This document shows, piece by piece, positions 39,596 to 48,575 of a stretch of 55,662 nucleotides of DNA. Where the stretch lies: IMG/VR virus record IMGVR_UViG_3300024261_000038, positions 1-55,662 of that record; one strand, 5' to 3'. How positions within the stretch are numbered: the stretch's first letter is position 1; each line of letters starts with the position of its first letter. Position numbers and translations under genes: made by a program. The notes below the pieces were generated by a model. That model was not told the origin of the DNA, ran no database searches, and saw only the letters and a program-made list of their open reading frames with translations. This stretch comes from a virus (lineage: Duplodnaviria > Caudoviricetes).

Positions 39596-39627
39596 GTGGG
39601 CGTCGAAGCGAGAGTGGGAACGCCCGC
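39596..39627 (+). promoter_or_regulatory. Structured intergenic hairpin before primase
   Basis: GTGGGCGT/ACGCCCGC stem, purine-rich internal loop, GC-GAGA-GT cap. Confidence 0.5.
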
Positions 39628-39649
39628 GAAAATTAATTGTATATTTATT

Positions 39650-41230
39650 ATGGTAGAAAAATTTAGAAAGATATTTAAAGGTTTGGAAGAAAGATTTGGG
39701 TACCATGTACTTGATCAAAGTAATGGTAACGGTAAAAAATCTGGTACTTCATTTACATCTTCTTATGCACATACAGAAGAAATGTGGAAAGCACATCTAG
39801 AAGGCATTAAGTTTAGTGTTAAAACAAAAACAAAAATTATAGAAGCAGATAGTTTAGGTCTTTGTCCTATTACAAGTGACAGTAAATGTACTTGGGGTGC
39901 AATAGATTTAGATGAATATAAACCTGACGTAAAAGAATTATATAAAAAAATAAAAAGTTTGAATGTACCTGTAATACCATTTAAATCTAAAAGCGGTGGT
40001 ATACACGTTTACATATTCTTAACAGAAGAAGTCCCTGCATTATTATTAAGAGAAAAATTACATTCAATAAAAAATATATTTGGAGATTGTAAACCAGATA
40101 AAATATTTCCTGTGCAAAAATATTTAAACCTTGAAAAAGGTTCAGCAGGTAGTTGGATCAATCTTCCATATCATAACTACAAAAATACTGTGAGGTGTAT
40201 GATAAAGGAGGATGGCTCTGGGGCCACCCTGGAAGAGTTCTTTGAACACTATGAAAGAAATACAGTCACTCCCAAACAACTCAAAACATTAAAATCAAAC
40301 ATAGACGAAGGAGACTCTGGAGAATGGTTCCAGGATGGTCCTCCTTGTATGCAAGCACTTGCAAAATTTGGTGTACCTAAAAGTCAAAGGAACGAAGTTT
40401 TATTAGATATGACTAGGTATGTAAAACAAAGATACCCTGAAGATTGGAAAGATAAAACTTTAGAATATAACAAACAATTTTTTGAACCTAAAGGAAAAGG
40501 TATGGGTTTCAGTGAAGTAAGTGGAGTCATAGGATCTAGAGAGAAAAAAGATTATGTATATAGATGTGACCAAGATTGGTTAAAAAGTTATTGTAATAAA
40601 GAAGAATGTATTAAAAGAAAGTTTGGTATAAGCGGTTCACTAAACAGTGAGTTGGTATTAGGTCCTTTATCTTACGTAACATCTAATCCTAAAATTTGGT
40701 ATCTAGGTTTTAATGGTGAAGAGGTAGGTCTATCATCAAAAGAATTAGTTAAACAAGATTTAGCAAGAGAAGCTGCAACAGAACAAACAAGTAAGACACC
40801 CCCTAAAATTAAAAATTGGGATATGCAACTACGAGCACTTCAAGAAAAAGCTACAGAGATAGATGCACCAGAAGAAAGTTTACCAACGTTTAGATTAAAA
40901 ACAAGTTTAGAAAGTTTTTGTTTTAATACTAGAGTGACTAAAGACAAAAAGAAAATATTATTAGGTAGACCTTTTGAAGATGAGTCTTCTATTAAATTTA
41001 CTTTTGGTGACTTCTTTAAATATATAAAAGCTGATGAATGGAATATTACTTCAGACGTTACCCACCAAATGTTAAAAAAAATTCCTGGTATTACAAGAGA
41101 TAAGTTTCACATTAAAGAAGGTGTTAAACGATGGGTATATGTTTTACATAAAGAACAGTTTGACAATGAGCCTGCAACAGAACAAGAAGTTCCAGAGTAT
41201 GTTAACCAAGAAAAAGAAAGTCCGTTTTAA
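39650..41230 (+). CDS. Primase (AEP / prim-pol-like)
   Basis: WGAIDLD (DxD), SKSGGIHVY (SxH), INLPY, PPCM and a C-terminal Cys cluster; start likely MVEKFRK. Confidence 0.75.
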   Translation: MVEKFRKIFKGLEERFGYHVLDQSNGNGKKSGTSFTSSYAHTEEMWKAHLEGIKFSVKTKTKIIEADSLGLCPITSDSKCTWGAIDLDEYKPDVKELYKKIKSLNVPVIPFKSKSGGIHVYIFLTEEVPALLLREKLHSIKNIFGDCKPDKIFPVQKYLNLEKGSAGSWINLPYHNYKNTVRCMIKEDGSGATLEEFFEHYERNTVTPKQLKTLKSNIDEGDSGEWFQDGPPCMQALAKFGVPKSQRNEVLLDMTRYVKQRYPEDWKDKTLEYNKQFFEPKGKGMGFSEVSGVIGSREKKDYVYRCDQDWLKSYCNKEECIKRKFGISGSLNSELVLGPLSYVTSNPKIWYLGFNGEEVGLSSKELVKQDLAREAATEQTSKTPPKIKNWDMQLRALQEKATEIDAPEESLPTFRLKTSLESFCFNTRVTKDKKKILLGRPFEDESSIKFTFGDFFKYIKADEWNITSDVTHQMLKKIPGITRDKFHIKEGVKRWVYVLHKEQFDNEPATEQEVPEYVNQEKESPF

Positions 41231-43011
41231 TGTTAGACAAATTTTACAGGAGAAGATATAAAATTTTAGGTGGTCCAGGTTGTGGTAAAACAACCAAGAT
41301 ATTAGAAATTCTAGCAGATTATATTAAAGGAGGTGTTAACTTAGATCAAGTTTTATTAATTGGTTTTGCTAAAGCAACAGCAGAGGAATTACGAGCTAGG
41401 GTTATTAAAAAAGGTTTATTGACAGAAAAGCAAGCTGAATCAATTAAAACAATACATAAATTTTGTTTAGATCATATAGGTAAACACGATATCTTGAACT
41501 CCAGTGTAAAAAAAGATTTTAAAAAAAGAATGGCTTCTGATCCTGACACTTGGGTTATGTTGGATGATGAAAAATACGACAGGGATGATGACGTGCCTGC
41601 AGCATGGACTGAAAAAGAAGATAAAAAATTAGCTATTTATTATGACATAATAAACAAAGCACATCATAAAATAGGTTTTGATAAAAGACATAAATACAAA
41701 GATGATTTAGATAAAATTATAAGTTACTTTAGAGAAAGTGAAAACGATAAATTTAAATATGTACACACAGCGCAATTAACTTATTTTTATACTAACCTTA
41801 AAAAATTTAAAAGTCAGACAGGAGTTATTGATTTTGATGATATGTTATTAAAAGCTTTATACCCCACAGTAGAATTTCCATCTTATAAATTAGTGCTGGT
41901 TGATGAAGTACAAGATCTTTCAAAATTAGAATGGCAGGTCATATCTAAAATAGCACAAAAAACTGAAGAATTATTTTTAGTTGGTGATGATGATCAAGCT
42001 ATATATGGGTGGAAAGGATCAGACGTTCGTTTATTTCAAAAATGGCCTTGTAAAAAAGAAAATGTTACGCGTTTAGAAACATCTTATAGGCTTCCAGGAA
42101 AAATATATGACTTTGCTATAGGTATAAGGGATGAAATAAATAATAGATTAGGTAATGAATTTACTTGTCATAAAAGAATACACCCAGAAAATAAAGACGA
42201 AGGACATATCTCCTATATAAATGGTTTAGATGAAATAGAACATTTAAATAAAGATTCTCAAATAATTCTTTGTGCAAGAACGAATGCTCTTCTTAGACCT
42301 TACGCTGAATTTTTAAAAGAAAATAATTTAATATGGCTAGAAAAATCACAAAGCATGGATGACAGGGGTAAATTTAAAAGTTCTTTTCCCGACGGTTGTA
42401 AAGAAGTCATAGAGTTTTGGCATACTCTACAAGAAGGACATCCAATTAAAGGTACAAGTTACATAAAAATGGTTAAACAAATGAATGTAGAATTTATTTC
42501 TGAAAGAAAGAAAACTGCTTTATCTAAAAAAGATACAGCGCCAATAGAATTATATGAAGCAGACAAGATGTTTTCATATGAAGAATTAAAAAACAAATTT
42601 TATCTCAATGCTTCTTTAGAAAAAATGTGGCATGAAATTTTTTATTTTGATACTACACGAATTCAATCAGCTAAAAAACCTAAAGCTATATTTAGAGATA
42701 GAGAAGACTTTAACTATTACCTAAAAGGTTGTTGGGAAAAAAATAAAAATTTAACGACTGAAATTACATTATCAACTATTCATGGGGTAAAAGGAAGAGA
42801 AGCTGACAAAGTAGTTTTATGTGTTGAATGGGGTTATTCCTTAAATGCATATAATAAAGGAAATCAACAAGACGAAGACGAGGAAATTAGGGTTTGTTAT
42901 GTAGGTGTTACTAGAGCTAAAAAAGAATTATATTTATTTCAACCACCTGGATATAACAAATATCCTTTTCCATTATTACAAACTTACTTAGGAGAAAAAT
43001 ATGACGGATAA
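41230..43011 (+). CDS. UvrD/Rep-like SF1 helicase
   Basis: GGPGCGKT, VDEVQD, GDDDQAIY, STIHGVKGRE, YVGVTRAK. Confidence 0.9.
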   Translation: MLDKFYRRRYKILGGPGCGKTTKILEILADYIKGGVNLDQVLLIGFAKATAEELRARVIKKGLLTEKQAESIKTIHKFCLDHIGKHDILNSSVKKDFKKRMASDPDTWVMLDDEKYDRDDDVPAAWTEKEDKKLAIYYDIINKAHHKIGFDKRHKYKDDLDKIISYFRESENDKFKYVHTAQLTYFYTNLKKFKSQTGVIDFDDMLLKALYPTVEFPSYKLVLVDEVQDLSKLEWQVISKIAQKTEELFLVGDDDQAIYGWKGSDVRLFQKWPCKKENVTRLETSYRLPGKIYDFAIGIRDEINNRLGNEFTCHKRIHPENKDEGHISYINGLDEIEHLNKDSQIILCARTNALLRPYAEFLKENNLIWLEKSQSMDDRGKFKSSFPDGCKEVIEFWHTLQEGHPIKGTSYIKMVKQMNVEFISERKKTALSKKDTAPIELYEADKMFSYEELKNKFYLNASLEKMWHEIFYFDTTRIQSAKKPKAIFRDREDFNYYLKGCWEKNKNLTTEITLSTIHGVKGREADKVVLCVEWGYSLNAYNKGNQQDEDEEIRVCYVGVTRAKKELYLFQPPGYNKYPFPLLQTYLGEKYDG

Positions 43012-43240
43012 AAATATGTTAGAGGAAGCTTTTCCTCAAGACAAACAAATTGGAGGATCTCACTACAAAGACTTCCACATTCAACCTTATGAATTTATTT
43101 CAAAGAATAATTTATCGTTCTTTCAAGGAAACGTTGTGAAATATGTTTGTAGATATTTACATAAAAATAAGATAGAAGATCTTGAGAAGATCAAACACTA
43201 TTGTGATCTAGAAATTAAAAAGATGAAAGATACAAAATGA
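43001..43240 (+). CDS. DUF3310 (SaV-like) protein
   Basis: QIGGSHY...GNVVKYVCRY...EDLEK. Confidence 0.75.
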   Translation: MTDKNMLEEAFPQDKQIGGSHYKDFHIQPYEFISKNNLSFFQGNVVKYVCRYLHKNKIEDLEKIKHYCDLEIKKMKDTK

Positions 43241-45165
43241 TACAAAAACCTTTATTCACTGCACAGACAGAATGGTTTCCACCAGATGATTTTCCAGATT
43301 TATCTAAGTATGATGAGATAGCTATCGACTTAGAAACTAAGGACCCAGATTTAAAAACAAAAGGTTCTTCATCAATGAGAGGACAAGGAGATGTAGTTGG
43401 TATTGCAGTAGCTGTTAGAGATTGGTCAGGCTATTATCCTATCGCACATGAATCAGGTCCCAACATGGAAAGAAAAAAAGTTCTTGGTTGGTTTCAAGAT
43501 GTACTTAAAACAAAAGCAGATAAAGTATTTCACAATGCTATCTATGATATGTGTTGGATTCACAGACTAGGGCTCACGGTTCACGGAACAGTTGTTGATA
43601 CAATGGTTATGACTTCTTTAGTTAATGAAAACAGATTTAGATATGACTTAAACTCTGTAGCACAACACTATACAGGTATGGGTAAAAATGAATCTGCATT
43701 ACAAGAAGCAGCAAAAGATTGGGGTGTTGATCCTAAAGCAGAGATGTACAGACTTCCTGCTATGTATGTAGGTGAGTATGCTGAAAGAGATGCAGAAGTA
43801 ACTTTAGCTTTGTGGCAAGAACTTAAAAAAGAAATTGAACATCAAGACTTACAATCGATTGTTGAATTAGAACAAAAAGTTTTTCCTTGTATACTAGATA
43901 TGAAAGTAAAAGGTGTAAGGGTTAGTGAATCACAGGTTGATCAACTAGATCACCAATTAAAATTGTCTTATGATAAATATATAAAAAGAATACATGACGA
44001 CACAGGTATGTATCCTGAAGTTTGGGCTGCAAAAAGTATTGAACTTGTATGTAACAAACTAGGTATTGATGACTTTGATAGAACAGAGAAGACACAGAAA
44101 CCTTCTTTTACAAAAAACTATTTAAAGAATCACAAACATCCAGTGCTTCGAGCTATCGCAAGTGCAAGAGAACTTGATAAACTAAAGAATACTTTCTTAG
44201 AGTCTATTAAGAATTATGTTTATAATGGTAGAATACATGCAGATATACATCAGTTAAAAGGAGACTTTGGAGGAACCATAACCGGCAGGTTATCTTACTC
44301 AAATCCTAACCTACAACAATTACCTAACTATAGTAATATTGGTAAGGGTATTAGGTCTATATTTATGCCTGAAGAAGGCCGTAGATGGGGTTGTTTTGAC
44401 TATTCTCAGCAAGAGCCTAGGCTGGTAGTGCATTATGCTTTAGCAACGCTAGGAACCACTGGGGTTCAATCTATTGCAGATAAGTATGATGAAGCAGGGG
44501 AAAACCCATATGATTCAGATATTCAAAAAGCAGCAGACTTTCATAGTATGGTAGCTGAAATAGCAGACATAGATAGAGGACAAGCTAAAACAATTAATCT
44601 TGGTTTGTTTTATGGTATGGGTAAAGCTAAACTACAAGCACAACTAGGTGTAACTGAGCAAGTAGCCAAAGATCTTTTAGAAACGTACCATAGTAAAGTA
44701 CCATTTGTAAAACAATTGATCCATCACACAATGGACCGTGCTCAACAAAGAGGTTGGATTAGAACTATACTAGGTAGAAAATGTAGATTTAACATGTGGG
44801 AACCAGCATCGTTCGGGATGCACAAACCACAAACATTTGATGATGCGTGCATGGAACACGGATCACGGAACATTAAAAGAGCATTTACATATAAAGCATT
44901 AAATAAATTAATTCAGGGTAGTGCGGCAGATATGACTAAGCAATCTATGATAAATCTAAGAGAAGCTGGTATTACTCCAATGATTCAATTACATGATGAG
45001 TTAAATGTATCATATGAAAATGAAGAAGAAGCTGATAAGATAAAAGAAATAATGGAACAAGCTGTTCCATTAAAGGTACCCAACAAAGTTGATTTTGAAG
45101 ATGGTGAATGTTGGGGTGATATTGTAAACAACAGAGAGGAAGAGGAAGACAAGGACTTCTTTTAA
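43237..45165 (+). CDS. polA: Family A DNA polymerase with 3'-5' exonuclease
   Basis: DLET, FHNAIYD, TGRLSYSNPNLQQ, DYSQQEPR, KTINLGLFYG, IQGSAAD, QLHDEL. Confidence 0.93.
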   Translation: MIQKPLFTAQTEWFPPDDFPDLSKYDEIAIDLETKDPDLKTKGSSSMRGQGDVVGIAVAVRDWSGYYPIAHESGPNMERKKVLGWFQDVLKTKADKVFHNAIYDMCWIHRLGLTVHGTVVDTMVMTSLVNENRFRYDLNSVAQHYTGMGKNESALQEAAKDWGVDPKAEMYRLPAMYVGEYAERDAEVTLALWQELKKEIEHQDLQSIVELEQKVFPCILDMKVKGVRVSESQVDQLDHQLKLSYDKYIKRIHDDTGMYPEVWAAKSIELVCNKLGIDDFDRTEKTQKPSFTKNYLKNHKHPVLRAIASARELDKLKNTFLESIKNYVYNGRIHADIHQLKGDFGGTITGRLSYSNPNLQQLPNYSNIGKGIRSIFMPEEGRRWGCFDYSQQEPRLVVHYALATLGTTGVQSIADKYDEAGENPYDSDIQKAADFHSMVAEIADIDRGQAKTINLGLFYGMGKAKLQAQLGVTEQVAKDLLETYHSKVPFVKQLIHHTMDRAQQRGWIRTILGRKCRFNMWEPASFGMHKPQTFDDACMEHGSRNIKRAFTYKALNKLIQGSAADMTKQSMINLREAGITPMIQLHDELNVSYENEEEADKIKEIMEQAVPLKVPNKVDFEDGECWGDIVNNREEEEDKDFF

Positions 45166-45170
45166 TATGA

Positions 45171-45821
45171 ATGGCTTACTTAAATGCAAACATACCAGCA
45201 ACTTATGCACAAATAAAAAGAGAATATTTATATGATCTTAAAAAACATCATGGAGAAGTTGAAGACTGCATTGTGTTTGGTCTTAGCGCTCTTACAGGTC
45301 GTGCTATATTATTTCATGCTATTATGGAAAACGGTGCAGTATTTTATCGCTTACCAATTAGCGCGTTTATTCAAAAGGGATTTGAACCATCCAGAGTGCC
45401 CGCAAGACGACTTGATGAACTACAGCTCTGGAATAGTTTTTCTTATTATCCTTCTGTCCATCGTTGGGATATACTAGACGGACAAGCAGGAAAGTATATT
45501 GGTAAAGATAAGAAGTGGCATCCAGGTAAGTATTTATTTACCGTTGACTTTGCACATCCAGATAGTAATATACTTGACACTGATCATTCAGAGATTCCGC
45601 ACGAACATAAGTGCGCACACATAATTGCCCTCGATGATGGTAATTTTGCAGCACAACCTAACAATAGATGTATATGGGACTTACCTTCTTTCACTGTGAA
45701 AGATGATATTCCTGATTGGAAAGTGCAAACTTCTGAATGGAATGTTGAAGATAGTAGAGCCTGGCGGACAGAAGATACCGACAAGTTCTTCTATGAAATC
45801 GAGGAGAAAAAAAATGATTGA
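45171..45821 (+). CDS. Conserved phage hypothetical protein
   Basis: 216 aa; YLFTVDF, EHKCAH and AQPNNR motifs; function unknown. Confidence 0.65.
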   Translation: MAYLNANIPATYAQIKREYLYDLKKHHGEVEDCIVFGLSALTGRAILFHAIMENGAVFYRLPISAFIQKGFEPSRVPARRLDELQLWNSFSYYPSVHRWDILDGQAGKYIGKDKKWHPGKYLFTVDFAHPDSNILDTDHSEIPHEHKCAHIIALDDGNFAAQPNNRCIWDLPSFTVKDDIPDWKVQTSEWNVEDSRAWRTEDTDKFFYEIEEKKND

Positions 45822-45915
45822 TAAATTAAAAAGTAAAGCTATGCATTACTGGTCATACCACAAGATCGAATGTCTTGTAGTTGCTGTTCTTGTTATAGCT
45901 TACATTGTTAAGTAA
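45814..45915 (+). CDS. Small membrane peptide (33 aa)
   Basis: GAGGAG RBS; MIDKLKSK...LVVAVLVIAYIVK. Confidence 0.5.
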   Translation: MIDKLKSKAMHYWSYHKIECLVVAVLVIAYIVK

Positions 45916-46256
45916 TGAATATAGCAGAATTATTTAAAAAGAATTTTGTATTAGTGCCCGTAATAGCTTCTGTACTTTTCGGAACATTTACGGGCGTTAA
46001 GTATATTGTTAATTTAACAGACACAATCAATGCTAATCAATTAGCAATCATAAAAATACAAGAAGTCGAGATAAAAGATCTTAGAAGAGATCTAGCTTAC
46101 GAACAAGAAAAGATGGCAGATGTAAAAACTAGACTTGCATCAGCAGAAGCTACCTGGACCATGGCAGAGAACCTTTACAATGTGCTCGCTAATACGGTAC
46201 GGGAACAAGGCTATGATATTAAAGACGTAGCTAGAGATTTATTAAATGATTATTAG
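45915..46256 (+). CDS. Membrane-anchored coiled-coil protein
   Basis: N-terminal TM helix followed by a coiled coil. Confidence 0.6.
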   Translation: MNIAELFKKNFVLVPVIASVLFGTFTGVKYIVNLTDTINANQLAIIKIQEVEIKDLRRDLAYEQEKMADVKTRLASAEATWTMAENLYNVLANTVREQGYDIKDVARDLLNDY

Positions 46257-46263
46257 GTAATGT

Positions 46264-46851
46264 ATGGAGACTCTCAGGATGGATTACAGATTTACTGCAC
46301 TATTAATTATAATGTTTACACTCTTAACTTTGTTTGCAAAACCTGCTTATCCTAAAAACGAATATCTTCAAAACGATGGAGGACAATGTGTCTACGGAAG
46401 CATGGAAGCAGCTATTACTAAAGTTGAAACCGAACATGATTATCGTATTCCAAGTACTAGTGATTATGATAATGATAGACACGAACTAAGGTTATCATTT
46501 AGAAAAAATTTAGGTCTATCTAAAAAAAATTGTGACTCACAAAATAGAATAAGAACAGAAAATCTTATATTAAAACAACAATTAGAATTATTAAAACATT
46601 GTAATAAAGTTAATGCTAATCCTAGCTATCTATATAATGAAAACTTTAGATCACTGGCCTTAAGATGTAAGGGTGTAGTATCAATTAATGAAGAAATTAT
46701 TAATAAAAAAGATGAAGGAAACCATTGGGAAAATTTAAAAAAAGAGTATATGGAGAAAAATCCAGGTGATTATATGGGGGAAGACGCTACAAAGAAGCTA
46801 AAAATACCTAAATACTTGACAGATGAACTACCGGTTCCTACAAATGAGTAG
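46264..46851 (+). CDS. Putative exported protein with signal peptide
   Basis: Hydrophobic N-terminus ending AKPAYP; four Cys. Confidence 0.55.
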   Translation: METLRMDYRFTALLIIMFTLLTLFAKPAYPKNEYLQNDGGQCVYGSMEAAITKVETEHDYRIPSTSDYDNDRHELRLSFRKNLGLSKKNCDSQNRIRTENLILKQQLELLKHCNKVNANPSYLYNENFRSLALRCKGVVSINEEIINKKDEGNHWENLKKEYMEKNPGDYMGEDATKKLKIPKYLTDELPVPTNE

Positions 46852-47032
46852 AAAAACTAATACAGCATTAATAGCATTGTTGGGTACAATCCTAATGGGT
46901 CTCGCTACATGGACATTGGTCACACTCATAGAACTTCAGTTAATAGTAACTATGATCCAGTCGGACCTAATGTCTATTGACAAGCAATTCGGTCGCGTTT
47001 ATAATTTCATCGATTCTGTTAGAGGTAAATAA
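46844..47032 (+). CDS. Small membrane protein
   Basis: MSRKTNTALIALLG... TM helix plus short coiled coil. Confidence 0.5.
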   Translation: MSRKTNTALIALLGTILMGLATWTLVTLIELQLIVTMIQSDLMSIDKQFGRVYNFIDSVRGK

Positions 47033-47166
47033 TGAAAAAATGTACTAAATGTAAAAAAGAATTCGAAGCTAAAGACGAATTAGATATGTTTTGCAGCCAG
47101 GACTGTAAAGAAGAAGCACTCGCAGACCTTGACAATGACAGCGATGAGTGTTTAAGTTGCCAATAA
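47032..47166 (+). CDS. Small Cys-rich protein (44 aa, not in ORF track)
   Basis: MKKCTKCKKEF...FCSQDC...DECLSCQ; GAGGT RBS; coupled on both sides. Confidence 0.65.
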   Translation: MKKCTKCKKEFEAKDELDMFCSQDCKEEALADLDNDSDECLSCQ

Positions 47167-47375
47167 TGAAAGTATCAGCAGAAGTAGTTAATGGTAAATG
47201 TCCAACATGTAGTGAACTCACTATGTTAGTTGGTTTAACCCCTGAATTATTTAGATGTATGAACTGCGGTTCAGATCTACAGCAACATGTTAATGGTAAG
47301 ATAACTTATCTACCTGTCATGACATCACCAACAGATGGTGCTACGCCTTTCGTAAAAGAATGGAAAGATGGCTAA
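47166..47375 (+). CDS. Zinc-ribbon protein
   Basis: CPTC...CMNC; TAATG coupling gives start 47166. Confidence 0.6.
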   Translation: MKVSAEVVNGKCPTCSELTMLVGLTPELFRCMNCGSDLQQHVNGKITYLPVMTSPTDGATPFVKEWKDG

Positions 47376-47502
47376 ACAAAGTTTTAAGTTCTTTACACCC
47401 CGAAATAAACCCAAGAAACGTGGACCACGTCAACATAAAAAATCATTAAATAAGTCAGAAAAAAGACAGAAAAAACAGAAAAGATACAAAGGACAGGGTT
47501 GA
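47368..47502 (+). CDS. Small very basic protein ending YKGQG (44 aa, not in ORF track)
   Basis: MAKQSFKFFTPRNKPKKRGPRQHKKSLNKSEKRQKKQKRYKGQG. Confidence 0.6.
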   Translation: MAKQSFKFFTPRNKPKKRGPRQHKKSLNKSEKRQKKQKRYKGQG

Positions 47503-47527
47503 CAAACATCCTGTACTATCCTATATA
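47499..47527 (+). promoter_or_regulatory. Sigma70-type promoter, probably leaderless
   Basis: TTGACA-17 nt-TATATA-6 nt-ATG(47534). Confidence 0.6.
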
Positions 47528-47533
47528 TAGGGT

Positions 47534-47740
47534 ATGAAAGAAAAAACTATAACAATAAAAGTAGATGGTACCAATCCTGGTCAATGGTCTAACCTTTTAC
47601 TTGAATTAAACATTATGAAAAAAGCTTGGAGATCTTTTGGTGTAGACATAGATTTAAAAGCACCAGGTATAAAAAATATAATTGAGTGGGGGACTAGAAA
47701 TAATGATTACATTAGACCAACTAGACAAAATAAAAAGTAA
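47534..47740 (+). CDS. Hypothetical protein
   Basis: 68-aa ORF behind the promoter. Confidence 0.6.
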   Translation: MKEKTITIKVDGTNPGQWSNLLLELNIMKKAWRSFGVDIDLKAPGIKNIIEWGTRNNDYIRPTRQNKK

Positions 47741-47946
47741 TGGAACTAATAATTCTAAATGATGGATTGTATCAATTAGTTCCTGTAACAAAACAAATGA
47801 TGGAAAATATAACTTTATTAGGGGATGTAGATTGTATGGATATATGTGAGATACTAAGACTAAAACTAAGTGGATACGCTGATACTTTAAACTTGCATGT
47901 CATGGATAATGGCAGTGGAAATTTTTATGGATGTATTTGTAAATGA
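47740..47946 (+). CDS. Hypothetical protein
   Basis: 68-aa coupled ORF with four Cys. Confidence 0.55.
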   Translation: MELIILNDGLYQLVPVTKQMMENITLLGDVDCMDICEILRLKLSGYADTLNLHVMDNGSGNFYGCICK

Positions 47947-48005
47947 TTGAAGCTTGGATTATATTAGAAGTCGTGGCTATAACAGTTTATTTGTTAAGCC
48001 AATAA
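47943..48005 (+). CDS. Possible 20-aa hydrophobic peptide
   Basis: MIEAWIILEVVAITVYLLSQ; ATGA-coupled to the upstream gene. Confidence 0.4.
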   Translation: MIEAWIILEVVAITVYLLSQ

Positions 48006-48019
48006 AATTTAAAAGCTCA

Positions 48020-48126
48020 AGGGCGTCCAAATCTGCCAATGGCATTTCCCTGTACGTTAGCGATGACCGAAAGGTAGCAACCTGGAGTTTGGCCGGCTGT
48101 GAGTACGTCGACGGAAAGCAGCTGGT
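48020..48126. ncRNA. Candidate structured non-coding RNA
   Basis: GC-rich intergenic segment with several stems, including ACC-GAAA-GGT and GCCGGCTG/CAGCTGGT. Confidence 0.5.
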
Positions 48127-48127
48127 T

Positions 48128-48346
48128 TTATATGACCCTATCTGACTTACACGAAAATTTAGTATAAACTTCCATACTGTTAACCCATTCCGGATCAAAT
48201 TCTGTTAATAATCTGTGTGAATAACTATAACCATAAACTATGCAGCTATGGTAATCATTAAATAATTTTTCATTGGTGGGTATAACTTTACATTTATTTT
48301 GTGCCATTCCGGAACACAAAACCATAAATAAAATAAATTTTGTCAT
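48128..48346 (-). CDS. Small exported/membrane Cys-containing protein (72 aa)
   Basis: MTKFILFMVLCSG...; AGGA RBS on the minus strand; the longer listed start overlaps a + strand gene. Confidence 0.55.
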   Translation of the reverse strand: MTKFILFMVLCSGMAQNKCKVIPTNEKLFNDYHSCIVYGYSYSHRLLTEFDPEWVNSMEVYTKFSCKSDRVI

Positions 48347-48375
48347 TGACAATCCTATATTATGCACTATATAGT
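48346..48375 (+). promoter_or_regulatory. Sigma70-type promoter
   Basis: TTGACA-18 nt-TATAGT with ATCCTATA in the spacer. Confidence 0.55.
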
Positions 48376-48401
48376 CTACTTTAACATGAAAGGAAGTAAA
48401 C

Positions 48402-48575
48402 ATGACAGACATGACTAAGTACAAAAACGTTTCTTTAAGTAAAGAAACATACGCTACTTTAGATAAGTTATCAAAGATAATATTGCCCGATGCAAAATTA
48501 TCAGTAGCAAAAACAATAGAAGCAATAGCAAACGAGAAAGCGAAGAAATTAAATGGCAAATTCAAAAAAAGTTAA
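48402..48575 (+). CDS. Putative ribbon-helix-helix DNA-binding protein (57 aa, not in ORF track)
   Basis: MTDMTKYKNVSLSKETYATLDKLSK...LSVAKTIEAIANE: alternating beta strand then two helices; AAGGA RBS. Confidence 0.6.
   Translation: MTDMTKYKNVSLSKETYATLDKLSKIILPDAKLSVAKTIEAIANEKAKKLNGKFKKS

Noticed and set aside
39596-39649. GTG start and N-terminal extension of the primase
   Set aside because: It coincides with a GC-rich hairpin; ATG 39650 gives a more plausible N-terminus
36170-45165. Inteins or introns in the helicases, primase or polymerase
   Set aside because: Catalytic motifs are spaced normally, protein sizes are ordinary and no splice-junction motifs were seen
48097-48120. Hammerhead ribozyme (CTGTGAG...GAAA)
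   Set aside because: The core does not match CUGANGA and the three required stems cannot be drawn
48347-48565. N-terminal half of minus-strand ORF 48128-48565
   Set aside because: It is antisense to the RHH-like gene and its promoter; an RBS supports a start at 48346
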